Position numbers and translations under genes: made by a program. From assembly GCA_964019425.1 (NCBI GenBank), contig OZ025788.1, forward strand, positions 558,001-622,000: 64,000 bases of DNA. Reading direction: 5' to 3'. The stretch comes from Flectonema sp. DT1601 (Eukaryota). Under the pieces are notes generated by a model, which was not told where the DNA came from, did no database searches, and saw only the letters and a list, made by a program, of their open reading frames with translations. Below are positions 24,094-35,309 of this stretch, one piece after another (the first letter of the stretch is position 1; each line of letters opens with the position of its first letter).

Positions 24094-24783
24094 TAATTTC
24101 GACGGCTAGGAGAATTTCTTGTTTATAGTACTGGATTCTTATTCATTAGAACCTACTCCCTTCACAACCCTTGTAGTCAAATCTTGTTGTTCTTGCCTCC
24201 AAATAAATCACTTAAAAATATATTACTTCGAAAGTGTTTTCTTTTTTTGTTATTTTTTTCTTTTGTATAATTTGGTCTGCTGGTCTATTCATCAATTCTT
24301 AATTACGATTACTATTTTTTTAGTTTTATTTTTTATTTTCTTTCTGTGCAAAAAAAAAGATTATTTGGTTAAACCATTTATTACAACTATTTTAAAAGCC
24401 CCCCTTTTTTTTTTTTGGTATGAAAACAAAAGGCAGATGATCACATTTTAAAAAAAAAAGGGAGGAAAATTCCTTCCAAGGAAAGAAATTTTAAAAAAAA
24501 AAAAAGGGGGGGTGAATCGTGCAATGAGTTCTTTCAACTCAACTTCATTAAAGTCATCACCTAAGAAATGTAAATTGTCTGCTACTAATAGCGCATCCCA
24601 TCTCCCCACTTATTAGATTTCAAAAAAAAAAAAAAAAAAAGTTTCTATTACAAGTGTCTCACTCAACGAAATAAAAGAAATAAAAAAATAAAAACAGAGG
24701 CAAACGCTTGTTTTTTTTTTTTTTTTTTGTGATTTTTTTTTGTTTTTTTTAAGAATCTTTTCATTCTTCTAGAACTACACACA

Positions 24784-26940
24784 ATGGAAGTCGAATGGGA
24801 AGCATACCAACAAAGACATCAAATACCCAGAGTACATGATGGTTGGGTTCAACATCCACTGCATGTTGTGGGATGGAATCCACAAAAGGCTATCTCATCA
24901 GTGGAAGTAGAATTACCGATGTGTGTTGACCAATGTGAGGACTTCAAAACTGCAAATGAAGCATACAAACAATGGTGTGACATCTACCATCATTGGGAAT
25001 TGCGAACCAGGAGTCAATTCGCATCTGAACAAGAAATAAATTCCAACCTACCGATCAGAGCTAAAGAAGAAATGACAAAAATTGAATCAACGGAAACCTC
25101 ACCAACGGAACGTGCGATTCTATTAAATACAAAATTAGAATCTGAAGGGAAATACAGCAATAATGACATCAGTTTGAATGCCTTGGCGGGACTGAAGGAT
25201 AATTATGCATTCGATTTAGAACATGAAAAGCGTTGGCATGAAAAGGAGAAAGTAGAATTACAGAGAACGACTTTAAAAAAGAGTACAAAAGTTAAAAAAC
25301 AACCCACGCAATCAACAGCTGCAGCGAACTGGATGAAGATTCAAGCACACACTAGACTTACGATGTTACAAGACTATTTAATACCAAGTAAGGAAGCAGG
25401 AAGTAGTTATACTGATTATAAATTACCATTCGCATCTCTTCCGAAATTTGTTCCGTACAACTATAATGTTATTGATGATCGGGTGGCAGAATTACAATTT
25501 TCATCTCTGCCAACCAACACAATTGCTGCTCTTGCTAGTCACATCACAAAACCTTACGATACGATATCATGGAGGTGTTCTGAGGAACAGCAAGCACACT
25601 ACTCACTTAGAGCTATTTATAAATTTATTACAACAAATTTTCAGGCTGTAACATCTGGTTCGGTAGAACCGACTGATGTACTTTCTAAGAAAGAAGGAAA
25701 CCCTCAAGGAATGGCTAATTTATTAAGAGATATGATAGAAAGTCTAGGCTATAGTATTACTGCAAAGACTGTTGATGGTATCTCACCATCAGTAGTGAGT
25801 GCCGTGGGTCATCCGACAACACATTTAGATATTTATTGGAATTTAGTATCATTTAATGGAAGCAGTTATTTAATAGATATCTGGTCAGCAATTAAGGAAA
25901 GTTCTGACTTTTATTGGATGACTCCACCTAATTTATTTTTTACAACCCATTGTCCTAACGATCCTGATATGCAACTTGCCATGCAAGCAGTGCATCAGTC
26001 TGCTTGGGAAGTATCTCCAGTTCTGTCGTGTAATGCTCATACTCATGGACTGTCATTATCAAGTCATGTGAAATACATTCATATAGCAAGTAAGGCACCA
26101 CCACTTACTATAACATATGGGTTGTCGGATCATCGAGTAATAGTCACCAGCAAGCTTTACGAGGGCGCCATTGCTTCGGCAGATAAAAACCTATTACCGG
26201 GAGGATACGTATGGCAGACACGTTCACGCAGTGAATGTACAGTCACATTTACATTAGTGTTACCAGATACTGGTTTGTATACATTTGAAGTTTGGGTAAC
26301 TCGAGATCCTCAACAAGAAGCAGTATTCGCAACAAACTATCAGTTATCATCCTCAATAAAAGTTGGTGATGATGCTCTGCTTCCGGTTCAGGATATATGT
26401 CCGTTGAAAGCGATCATAACTCAACCAAAAGGTGGGAAACTAGTAGCGGATTCTCAACAGTTATTTGAAGTGTTCCCAACTTCTGCAGCTATCGAGGGAG
26501 TTGTATTGTGTCAAAGAATTAGACCAGAAACTCAATCACGTTCGAAAGGAACTCCACCTCAACAAAATATTGAAAAGTCTTCCAGCGATCCGTCTGAATG
26601 GCCCTGCGAGTACACAGTCCTTGACTATAATCCATTTATTGGTGTGTATAGAACTTTAATACCTTCATTAAAGAGAGGTATTGTAGATCTTTATGTTCGT
26701 ATAGGAGGTGAATTCATTCCAGCGTTTACCAAGTTTTCGGTTGTTCTCGCAATCAGTTCAAAGGAAGAGGAGCTTAATGGAGGACTTCCACTCATACCTG
26801 ACAGCCTCACTTCACAAGAGCGCAGTGCGATTAGTAAGCTATTGCACAGTAAAGATCCGAACCCTGTAACCTGTTATGAACCTCTGAATAGTATGAGATT
26901 TAGAAAAGTTGGAGAGTACTTTGAAGGGACAACAGGCTAA
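24784..26940 (+). CDS. kyphoscoliosis peptidase/hillarin/Cyk3-like transglutaminase-fold protein, probably inactive, 718 aa
   Basis: LRAIYKFITTN, VLSKKEGNPQGMANLLRDM (cf. GxCxGYAxLF), IYWNLV...YLID (cf. HAWNxV...LxD), FYWMTPPNLFFTTHCPNDPDMQL (cf. FYFLxxPxxFIxxHFPxxxxWQL), then Ig-like segments such as LPDTGLYTFEV. Confidence 0.78.
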   Translation: MEVEWEAYQQRHQIPRVHDGWVQHPLHVVGWNPQKAISSVEVELPMCVDQCEDFKTANEAYKQWCDIYHHWELRTRSQFASEQEINSNLPIRAKEEMTKIESTETSPTERAILLNTKLESEGKYSNNDISLNALAGLKDNYAFDLEHEKRWHEKEKVELQRTTLKKSTKVKKQPTQSTAAANWMKIQAHTRLTMLQDYLIPSKEAGSSYTDYKLPFASLPKFVPYNYNVIDDRVAELQFSSLPTNTIAALASHITKPYDTISWRCSEEQQAHYSLRAIYKFITTNFQAVTSGSVEPTDVLSKKEGNPQGMANLLRDMIESLGYSITAKTVDGISPSVVSAVGHPTTHLDIYWNLVSFNGSSYLIDIWSAIKESSDFYWMTPPNLFFTTHCPNDPDMQLAMQAVHQSAWEVSPVLSCNAHTHGLSLSSHVKYIHIASKAPPLTITYGLSDHRVIVTSKLYEGAIASADKNLLPGGYVWQTRSRSECTVTFTLVLPDTGLYTFEVWVTRDPQQEAVFATNYQLSSSIKVGDDALLPVQDICPLKAIITQPKGGKLVADSQQLFEVFPTSAAIEGVVLCQRIRPETQSRSKGTPPQQNIEKSSSDPSEWPCEYTVLDYNPFIGVYRTLIPSLKRGIVDLYVRIGGEFIPAFTKFSVVLAISSKEEELNGGLPLIPDSLTSQERSAISKLLHSKDPNPVTCYEPLNSMRFRKVGEYFEGTTG

Positions 26941-27197
26941 CATTATTTCACGGGGTATATTACTATTTGTTAATTATTATCCCACTCCTTCCCTCTCTCT
27001 CTCTCTCTCTCCCCTACTTGAATATAATAAATTCTTTCTGTTATGTTTTGATTGAAGTATTTGATGGAATATATTTCTCTCATATAATTCAAAGACCAAA
27101 CTTACCACTCTGTTGTTCTGCTAGTGGTGGGACGTTTGTATTTAGTAGTTTATGTATTTATATTAATTTCCCTCCCCTAATCAGTTCTCTCGATATT

Positions 27198-28169
27198 ATG
27201 AGGCCTTCAACTCAACCAATCACTATGTACAGCGATAATGGAACTGATGAAGTGGCTTCAATCGCTAGTGATTCCATCTCACTTGATGATGAGATCGATG
27301 CCATAGTTGCAGATACTAGAGCTCCAATTAACTTTTTAGAAAACAAAGTTGATGCTAGAATTTCTCTTCAGCATTTGGTAACTCAGTACTGGTCAGACGC
27401 AACTGTTAAATTATACGGCTCTTTTGCTTATGATCTAGCAACTTCAAAGTCTGAACTTGACTTAGTAGTTGAGGGATGCACTCCATGCTGTGGAGATATT
27501 CTAACAAACTTTATGGCTCACTTAAAGAAGCAAACCGTTTCAGCTTCCGAAACTAAGGCATGGGAGTGCCTTAGTCTAATTGTTAATCAAACTGAAGGGT
27601 TTGCTAGGATTAGAATTGAGTCTGGACTTGTTATTAATTTATCATTCACTGTTGACATTAGATGTCCAGCTCGCAAGAATGCTGCTTTGATTAAGTCTTT
27701 ATTACAGAAGTATCCAACAGCTTCAAGAGTTTACTTCGTAATCAGACATTTGATGATCCAAAGAGGACTGTGTGTTCCAAATGAAGGAGGAATGAGTCAT
27801 TATGGAATGTTAATAATGTTACTACACGTCTGCGCCAATGAAACCTGTCCAGAAGTGTTGTCAAACCCAACGATGTTGATGATGGCGTATCTCCGTTTCT
27901 ATGGATTGAAAATTAATTTTCACACTATCACTGTCTCTGCGTTTCGAACATCTGAACCTCATCGCAATCACACTCAAGATGTGATGTCCATCGCTGATCC
28001 ATCAGACCCTAGTGTCAACCTTGCTCAAAGCTGCACTAAAGCAGTTGAAATTAAAACCTCTATGCAACGTGTATATGATTTAATCAAACAACGTGAGAAG
28101 TCTGGAAAGGGACCGAGCCTTTTATCAATGCTATCAAAGGGGAAGAGCAAGAAATGGAGGGCAAAGTAA
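27198..28169 (+). CDS. Trf4/PAP2/TENT4-like non-canonical poly(A) polymerase family protein, copy 1 (323 aa), altered catalytic triad
   Basis: VKLYGSFAYDLATSKSELDLVV (cf. FGSxxxxLxxxxSDIDL), VINLSF (cf. VDISF), GGMSHY, YLRFYG, SIADPSDPSVNLA (PAP-associated). ATG 27198 chosen because homology with copy 2 starts at CAGTTCTC..GATATTATG. Confidence 0.85.
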   Translation: MRPSTQPITMYSDNGTDEVASIASDSISLDDEIDAIVADTRAPINFLENKVDARISLQHLVTQYWSDATVKLYGSFAYDLATSKSELDLVVEGCTPCCGDILTNFMAHLKKQTVSASETKAWECLSLIVNQTEGFARIRIESGLVINLSFTVDIRCPARKNAALIKSLLQKYPTASRVYFVIRHLMIQRGLCVPNEGGMSHYGMLIMLLHVCANETCPEVLSNPTMLMMAYLRFYGLKINFHTITVSAFRTSEPHRNHTQDVMSIADPSDPSVNLAQSCTKAVEIKTSMQRVYDLIKQREKSGKGPSLLSMLSKGKSKKWRAK

Positions 28170-28507
28170 AAGATCATTTGATTGATGTAAAAACCAGCTG
28201 CTTAACATGAAGTGCGTTTTAATTTTAACCTTTTATCAACAAGGTTCTTCTATTGCGTGCCCACACTCTCTCTCTCTCTTAAAACCTGATATCTTAAAAA
28301 TAAATGATAGTCTCTAAAAAAAACTATAAAAAAGAAAAATGACCTTCAAAAAAAAAAAAAATTGTATTCCCATCAGTTATCAAAAAGATTGGATGTGACT
28401 ACAATTGAAGACTTGTCATGGGGAGTTCCACCTCTACATTATTATTATTTTTTTTTTTCTATATAATATTATATCTATAGAATTTAAGCGTGATTCTTAT
28501 TTTCAAC

Positions 28508-28543
<36 letters not shown>

Positions 28544-31500
28544 CCTTCTGCAAAAAAAATTTTAGTGCGATAATCTCTGTTGTTTTCAGACCAAATGCCC
28601 TTTTTAGCAGATGATCTTTTGCATTAAATTTGAATCACGGACCAAGATGTATTTATTTACTGAATTCAGTGAGCCTCTTCTTGTCAGTGAAAAGTCGACA
28701 GATGGGGCACCAAATGTGGGCAATTTGTTCCTCAACATTTTTTTTTTTAAATTTATTGACTTATACTGCTGTATTAGGCTGTTGTTATTTCTCCTTTCCT
28801 TTTTTTCCCAACCCACCACTTATAATTTAAAAAAAAAAAATAATAAAAAATGATATTATTTTTATTTTATTATTCTTTTTTAGCTGGCTACTTGTTTTGT
28901 GCTATTGACAAGATCTGCCTTGCTAATTCTATTGTATTAACTGGCAAAAAAAAAAGAAAAAAAAATTCCACTTTCAACAGGTCGGGTTACTGAGTGGCGC
29001 TAACGAAAAGCTTTCCCCTGCTTGTTTCCCTTGTAAGTTACGTAGTTTCTGCGAGTTTTAATAGGCATCGAGTGTTGTATGTTCTATGTTGTTGATTTTG
29101 AAAATTTCGTTTGGCTTATTTTGGCGGCCTCTCGTTTCCTGTGTGACACAACACGAAAAATTAGTAGCGCCATTTGCTACTTACATTTTTTGCTTAATTT
29201 CGTTCCCTATTTTTTTTTTTTATTATTTTTCACCCCGATTGAATTTTCGAAATTCAATCGGGAAAGAAAAACCTTCTCTCGTGCCCCTTAAAACTCCTCC
29301 CCCGTACCCCTTAGTTCAGTTGGCTGTGATCAACGTCTATTCTATCTCCCCGTCTCGCTAAACTCCAAGTTGCATTGTCCATTGCTCTGTCCACCTTATT
29401 TTAGTTTCCGACTAAAACAACATTGCAACCAGTCTTCGATTTTGTGTAACCGTTAATCAAGCAACCTATAAAAACTATTTTAATTTTCCCCCTTTTTAAC
29501 ATTATTATAACGTCTTCACAGAGTCTTTATACGATCTGCGAAATGTTTTGCATTTTTTTTTTTTGAACATTACCTTTTAGTCACTTGTCTCGTAAATAAC
29601 TAATGCTTAAATTAGTTAATACATATATTTAAATAATACTATGAGTAAATGCTCAAAAAAAAATTGTAAAAAAAAAAAAAAACAGTTTTTAAATCCCACC
29701 GCCAAGATATAATTCTAGTATCAAAATTTACCTTTTTTTCGTTTTTTTTTTTTTACGTTTGTTTCTTTTGCAGATTTTTTGTTGTTTCTTGTTGACGAAT
29801 TTTTCACTGAGATTAAACGCCGTGGTTGGTTGTAATAGAGATCTCTGTCTGTTAGGAGGAAGCATGCTCATACAGTATCACCCCTTACTTTGAAGAAAGG
29901 TACATGATTGAGAGAACTAAAATTATGGATGTTCTCAGTGAAAAGTTACGTCAAGAAGCTATTTAGTTCTGCAGCTGTATTTTTTCATTTATTCGCCTCC
30001 CCTTCTCGATTCTTTTTCATCAGCTTTTTTTCTCCTTTTTGAACTCAGAGTGCTTCACATAATATGTATGCATAGTTCTCAAAGATAGAAAAAAGCTACT
30101 CCAAATCCCCTCGGCGATTTTGTGTCTGAAAAAAAAAAAAAAAAAAATAGTATTCAGAACTTCGATATAGTTTTTCTTTTCCTTTTTTTTTTTTCTTTTT
30201 CTTTTTTTTTGTTCATGTACTCTATTAAAATATCCTGTTAGAAAAAAAAATACTTATTCCTTTTTTTTTTTTTTTTTTTTTTTTTTTCTTTCTTCTTCTG
30301 TTAGAAGCCATATTTGAACCCAAAGGTTCCGAACAAGAGATAAGCGAAATCATTTTTATTTATTTATTTATTTATTTATTTTTTTAATTCCTTAAAGGTG
30401 TATCTTGTCGGTTCCGAGAACATTTTTTTTTTTTTTTTTTATTTTTTTTTAAGCAAGGGGTGGACAATGCTCGTCGTTTAAAAAAAGGTGCTTAAAAAAA
30501 AAAAAAGTAATTTTATTTGTTTCGAAAAATTAGTCATCGTTTGCTACTATCTTTTCCTTTTTTTTAATTTTTTTGTTTCTTTCTCATGTTGTACTAGGCA
30601 ATCAGAAGAGCGGCCATCGGTTGCTCTTTTAGTTATTGTAAGCTGGATTAATAAGCAGGTATGAAATGAATTTCGAATGCAACTAACGATGTACTACAAT
30701 TTTATTGATTATTATTTTTTGACAACTCCTGCTATCTACTTCGTGTTTTAGTAATGTTGAATACTTTATTATTATGGGGCATCGAAAGGTGTAAGAACCT
30801 TATCGTTGTTTTTGGATATATGTTCTTTTTCTTTCTCTTTTTTGTTTCTTGTCCTAACAGATTGTTATCCAATAAAATCAGTCTTCTAAGCTAACCTACT
30901 CCAAGTGCTTCGTCCTTCTGCAAAAGCGTCATTGGTTCACCTTTTTTTGCAGTTTATTTTAGCAGCAGCTCCGTAGTGTAGCATTTTGCTCCATACTTGT
31001 GAAAACGATGTTAAATAACGACGTGCTCTTTGTCTCTTGTTTTGTAGTAAACCGATGATTGTTTTTCTGAATACCAGGGTGAATTATGCCGCATCGGTCA
31101 CAATCAAAAAAAAGAGACCTCAACGCGGGTTGGTATTATTAACATTATAGTTTTTTTCCCCCCTCTCTTTTTTTATCGTTCACGTGGAAAAAAAAAAAAA
31201 AAAAAAACTGAAGAAAAAAAAACTTGGTGTTTTTTTTTTTTCCTGTTTTTATTTTTTTTTTTTAATTTTTGAAAAAAGGAATCAACAAAAAAAAAAAAAA
31301 AAAACATCAGCATTAACCCTTAGTTTTCTTGGTATTTAGTTGCATAGTGCCGTACAAAAGAAAAAAGAAAAAGGGAAGTCACTCACGTTGAAGTACCCTT
31401 TTTCATTTTAACATACTGTGCTGGTTACTCTCCTTTGCCAGTTCCCGTTGCCAGTCTTGCATTGAGCAGTTGTCAACCAAGTTGGTGTCAAAGGGTTATC

Positions 31501-34346
31501 AAAAAGTAATTTTAGTCTATCTAAGAAGCGCACCTCAATAACAAAAGATTACCTCAGTTTTTTTTTTTGTATTTCTTTTTCTTTTTCTTTTTTTTCAGTT
31601 TCTTTTAATTCTTTCCCTATATAGTAGTGTCAACATTATTTTAGTGGAAACACTTCCTATTTAAGCTAACAAACGAATGTGAGCTTGTTAGGAGTGACCC
31701 TACGATGACATTTATCATGCTTACATTCGTCATTAGTCACGCCTACGGTGTACGGATTTTCAAAGGATTTGTGCTTCACCTTGTAGCAATCACATTTGTG
31801 CTTTTCTTTTCTTTTTTTTCTCCTGTTGTTTTTTTCTCGCTTCAACTCGTCAGTGAAGTCGTGTGGAATATTTGTTTCTATTTCGTCAATGCATACATGC
31901 TTTGGTGATTTACTGTGCTGTTTTATGTTTAAAAAAAAAAAAAAAAAAAAAAAATGAAGAGGGAAAAAAATAAAAATGAATAAATAAATAAATTAAGAAT
32001 TATCAGCATCTTCTACCACGATGGTTTAAAGATATTTCAAATAGTGTTTTGTAGTATTAGTTATTTACCGAAAAATTTGTTGTGTTCCGGCTTGTATATA
32101 TCCTTTCCATCTTCATGGAAAAGGAGTAGTCGGTGGCATCTAATCAGATAATTCGCATTTTTCCACTAGAATAAAAGAAATTAGTGTTACCCAACACGCA
32201 CTGCAATACAATCCTCTTGAGGATTGGATCTCTGTTGCCGTAGTCTCAGATTCCCGGAAAGTAAACCCGATTGCTTCGGTTTGATCTTCTTTGACTGCTA
32301 CTCGGGAACAGTGATCATCCTGGCCTCCTATACTTAGTTTTGCATCCGTCGCTTTATTTCTTTTTTGAGACGGGTCAATTTGACCTCGATCAGAAAAAAA
32401 TATACTTTTGCATTTTCTTTTTTCCCTTCCGTTTTCTTCACTAGTTTCTTGTTTTTGCGGTGACTGCAGACTGGTTCTTTTGGCTTTGGAACACCAGTCT
32501 TTTTTTTTTTTTTTTTTACATTATTCGTCCGAATTTGTTTATTGTCAAACTTGCCAAATCGCAATCTAGAAGTGGAGGAATATCGGTTATATGTGATGAG
32601 TTGCAATTTGGCTACTTAGCTTCTCGATGAATCTATTTATTAGTTTCTTTCGAATTTTATAGCTGTAATAAATAATAAAAAAATTTTAATTAATTATTGT
32701 CTAAAAAAAATTCTAATATTGTGCAACCTCTTTTTTTTTAAATTTTTTATTAATTCGGTTTTCCTTACAAACTGTTGTCTTATTCTCAAAAATTTGCTGT
32801 TCGAGGCGCGTACTGAAAATAAGCATTATATTGTATATTATAGTCTGGGTTGCTCTTTTTATCCTTTATAAAATACAAGATTATAATTTTATCCTTATTA
32901 TTTTTCATTTTTCTTTTTTTTATATAAAAAAATTGTGTTTGCTTTATCGAACCCGCAAGCATTTACGTTGCAAGACCATAGAGAGCTGAGTAGCTTTTCT
33001 TCTCAAGTGATAATTGCATTTGTTCTGTTTGCGGTGCTTTGATTTCCCCCCCCCATATTCTTTCATTCTACTCCGCCGGTTGCTACCCTCTGTCCAGTTG
33101 TTTATTATTTCTGTTAGCTATTTGATTGCTTATGTTTCCCCAAGATCTATGTAGCAGCATTACAGACGAGAAAAAGCACCTTTTTTTTTGTTCCCCTTCC
33201 CTAATTTGTACGCGATATTTGCAGTGTTTTTTCCCAGATAGAAAAACGCTTTGCAAACAAGAAATAAAAAAAAAAAAGAAAAGAGAGAGGACAGACGTGT
33301 CTTTAATTATTACTTTAGTTTAAAAAAATAAAGTTTTTTTTTTTTTTTTCGCGTCGCTGACAAAAAAACCTGACGAGGAATACTTGACCTTTTTTTTTTA
33401 ATTTCTCCCTTTTCGTAAGATACAGTAATATCGTAGGAACGCCCGGTGTCTCACTCGACTTGACAATGTCCGTGAAATACTTCATTTTTCAGGCAAACTG
33501 CAAGCTTCTTGCGGTACACAATTACTTAGGTGAGCTGTGGTAAAAAAATAACTCAAGGGGAAAAAAAAAACACACACACACCCGCAAACCCACATTTTTA
33601 AACTTTTTTTTTTTTTTTTTTTAAAGCCAAGGTTGACATTATCCTTATGGCTTACAATGTTTGCATACTTTTTTTCGTACGGTCTTTTTCTTGTACAAAA
33701 AAAAAAAAAAAAAAACTGAAAATTTTACTTTGTTATGACAACACGACATTATCGTGTTTCAGTATGAGACTATCTTTCCTTTCCTTTCCTTTCCTTTTTC
33801 CCCATCTAGTCCCCTTCATTTTTAATTTTAAAATCGGAATCTGCCCTTCAGAGAATAACATCGTCGGAGAGGAAATGTGGTTTATGAGAGTCTGAAAAGC
33901 CTCATTAAACTGAATGACGCACATCGAACGATTCCGTAATGCAAAACATCAATCCAGTTATGCTTACCAATACAACTCTGTTCTTACACGAAAAGTTGTG
34001 TGTCGCTTTTGGTATTCTATCTCGTCTTTTTTCTTTCTTTTTTCGGTTCCCTTTCTTGCTCGTGAGCTTCGGTCATAAAACTTTTGACTACGCTTTTTTG
34101 TTTCATCAGTTTTTTTTTTTTTTTTGCCTTTTTCTTTTTTTCCACAAACCGCAGTATTGACGTTTGTAGAAAATAATAAATCTCCCTTGGTGTATTTTTT
34201 TATAATTTTTTTAATTTCTTTTTTTTTTTTTTCTTAAAACAGTACACAACAATAAATGACCATGATCACGGAGGAGGTATCTACATAGTTTGTTAGCTAC
34301 CTGTCATGTTTATTATTATTATTTCTATTATTCAGTTCTCGATATT

Positions 34347-35309
34347 ATGAGACCAGCAGTGTACCAAAAGAGCAGCGACAACGGAACTGACGAAGTGGCT
34401 TCAACAACCAGTGAATGTGCCTTAGACAATGAGATCGATGCTATAATCACAGAAATGAGAGTTCCAGATAGCATATTACAAAATGCGATTGATGCTAGAT
34501 TCTCAATTCAACTGTTAGTAGCACAGTACTGGACAGATGCGACTGTCAAGGTTTATGGATCATTCGCATACAATATCGCAACAACAAAATCAGAACTTGA
34601 TTTAGTTGTTGAAGGATGTTCACCTCATTGTGGAGTACTACTAACTAGTTTTATGACTCTCTTGGAGAAACAAACCCTTCCTGACACGGACATCAAAGCT
34701 TGGGAAAGATTAAATTTAATTGTTCACCGCAATGAGGGATTCGCAAAGATCAGAATCAACACAGGTCTTGTTATTAATTTATCATTCACGTCTAGTACGA
34801 ATAGTTTGCTTCGTAAGAATGCTATTTTGATTCAAAACTTGCTACGCAAATACCCAGCAGCATGGAGAGTTTACTACGTAATCAGACATTTGATGATCCA
34901 AAGAGGACTGTGTGTTCCAAATGAAGGAGGAATGAGTCATTATGGAATGTTAATAATGTTACTACACGTCTGTTCTGGTGAAACCTGTCCAGAAGTGTTG
35001 TCAAACCCAACAATGTTACTAACAACGTACGTTCGTTTCTATGGATTACAAGTTAACTTCCACACAGCGACTATCTCTGCCTTTCAGTCATCTGAGCCTC
35101 ATCGCAATCACACTCAGGATGTGATGTCGGTTGCTGATCCATCTGACCCAAGTATCAATCTCGCTCGTAATTGTACCAAAGCAGTTAAAATTAAAACCTC
35201 TATGCAACGCGTTTACGATTTAATCAAAGAACGTGAGAAGTCTGGAAAGGGACCAAGCCTTCTAGCAATGCTGTCAAAGGGTAGAAGTAAAAATTGGAAG
35301 GCGCAGTAA
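34347..35309 (+). CDS. Trf4/PAP2/TENT4-like protein, copy 2 (320 aa), tandem paralog
   Basis: Colinear with 27198..28169 (offset 7140 over the core), with the same YGS, SELDL, VINLSF, GGMSHY and ADPSDPS motifs. Confidence 0.85.
   Translation: MRPAVYQKSSDNGTDEVASTTSECALDNEIDAIITEMRVPDSILQNAIDARFSIQLLVAQYWTDATVKVYGSFAYNIATTKSELDLVVEGCSPHCGVLLTSFMTLLEKQTLPDTDIKAWERLNLIVHRNEGFAKIRINTGLVINLSFTSSTNSLLRKNAILIQNLLRKYPAAWRVYYVIRHLMIQRGLCVPNEGGMSHYGMLIMLLHVCSGETCPEVLSNPTMLLTTYVRFYGLQVNFHTATISAFQSSEPHRNHTQDVMSVADPSDPSINLARNCTKAVKIKTSMQRVYDLIKEREKSGKGPSLLAMLSKGRSKNWKAQ

Noticed and set aside
26967..27197. N-terminal extensions of the Trf4-like ORFs (26967 and 34290 starts)
   Set aside because: TTG starts in low-complexity sequence; clear paralog homology begins only at the AG just before ATG 27198/34347.
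34256..34270. ATGACCATGATCACG resembles the lacZ/pUC start
   Set aside because: 14/15-nt match only, with no flanking vector sequence; chance.
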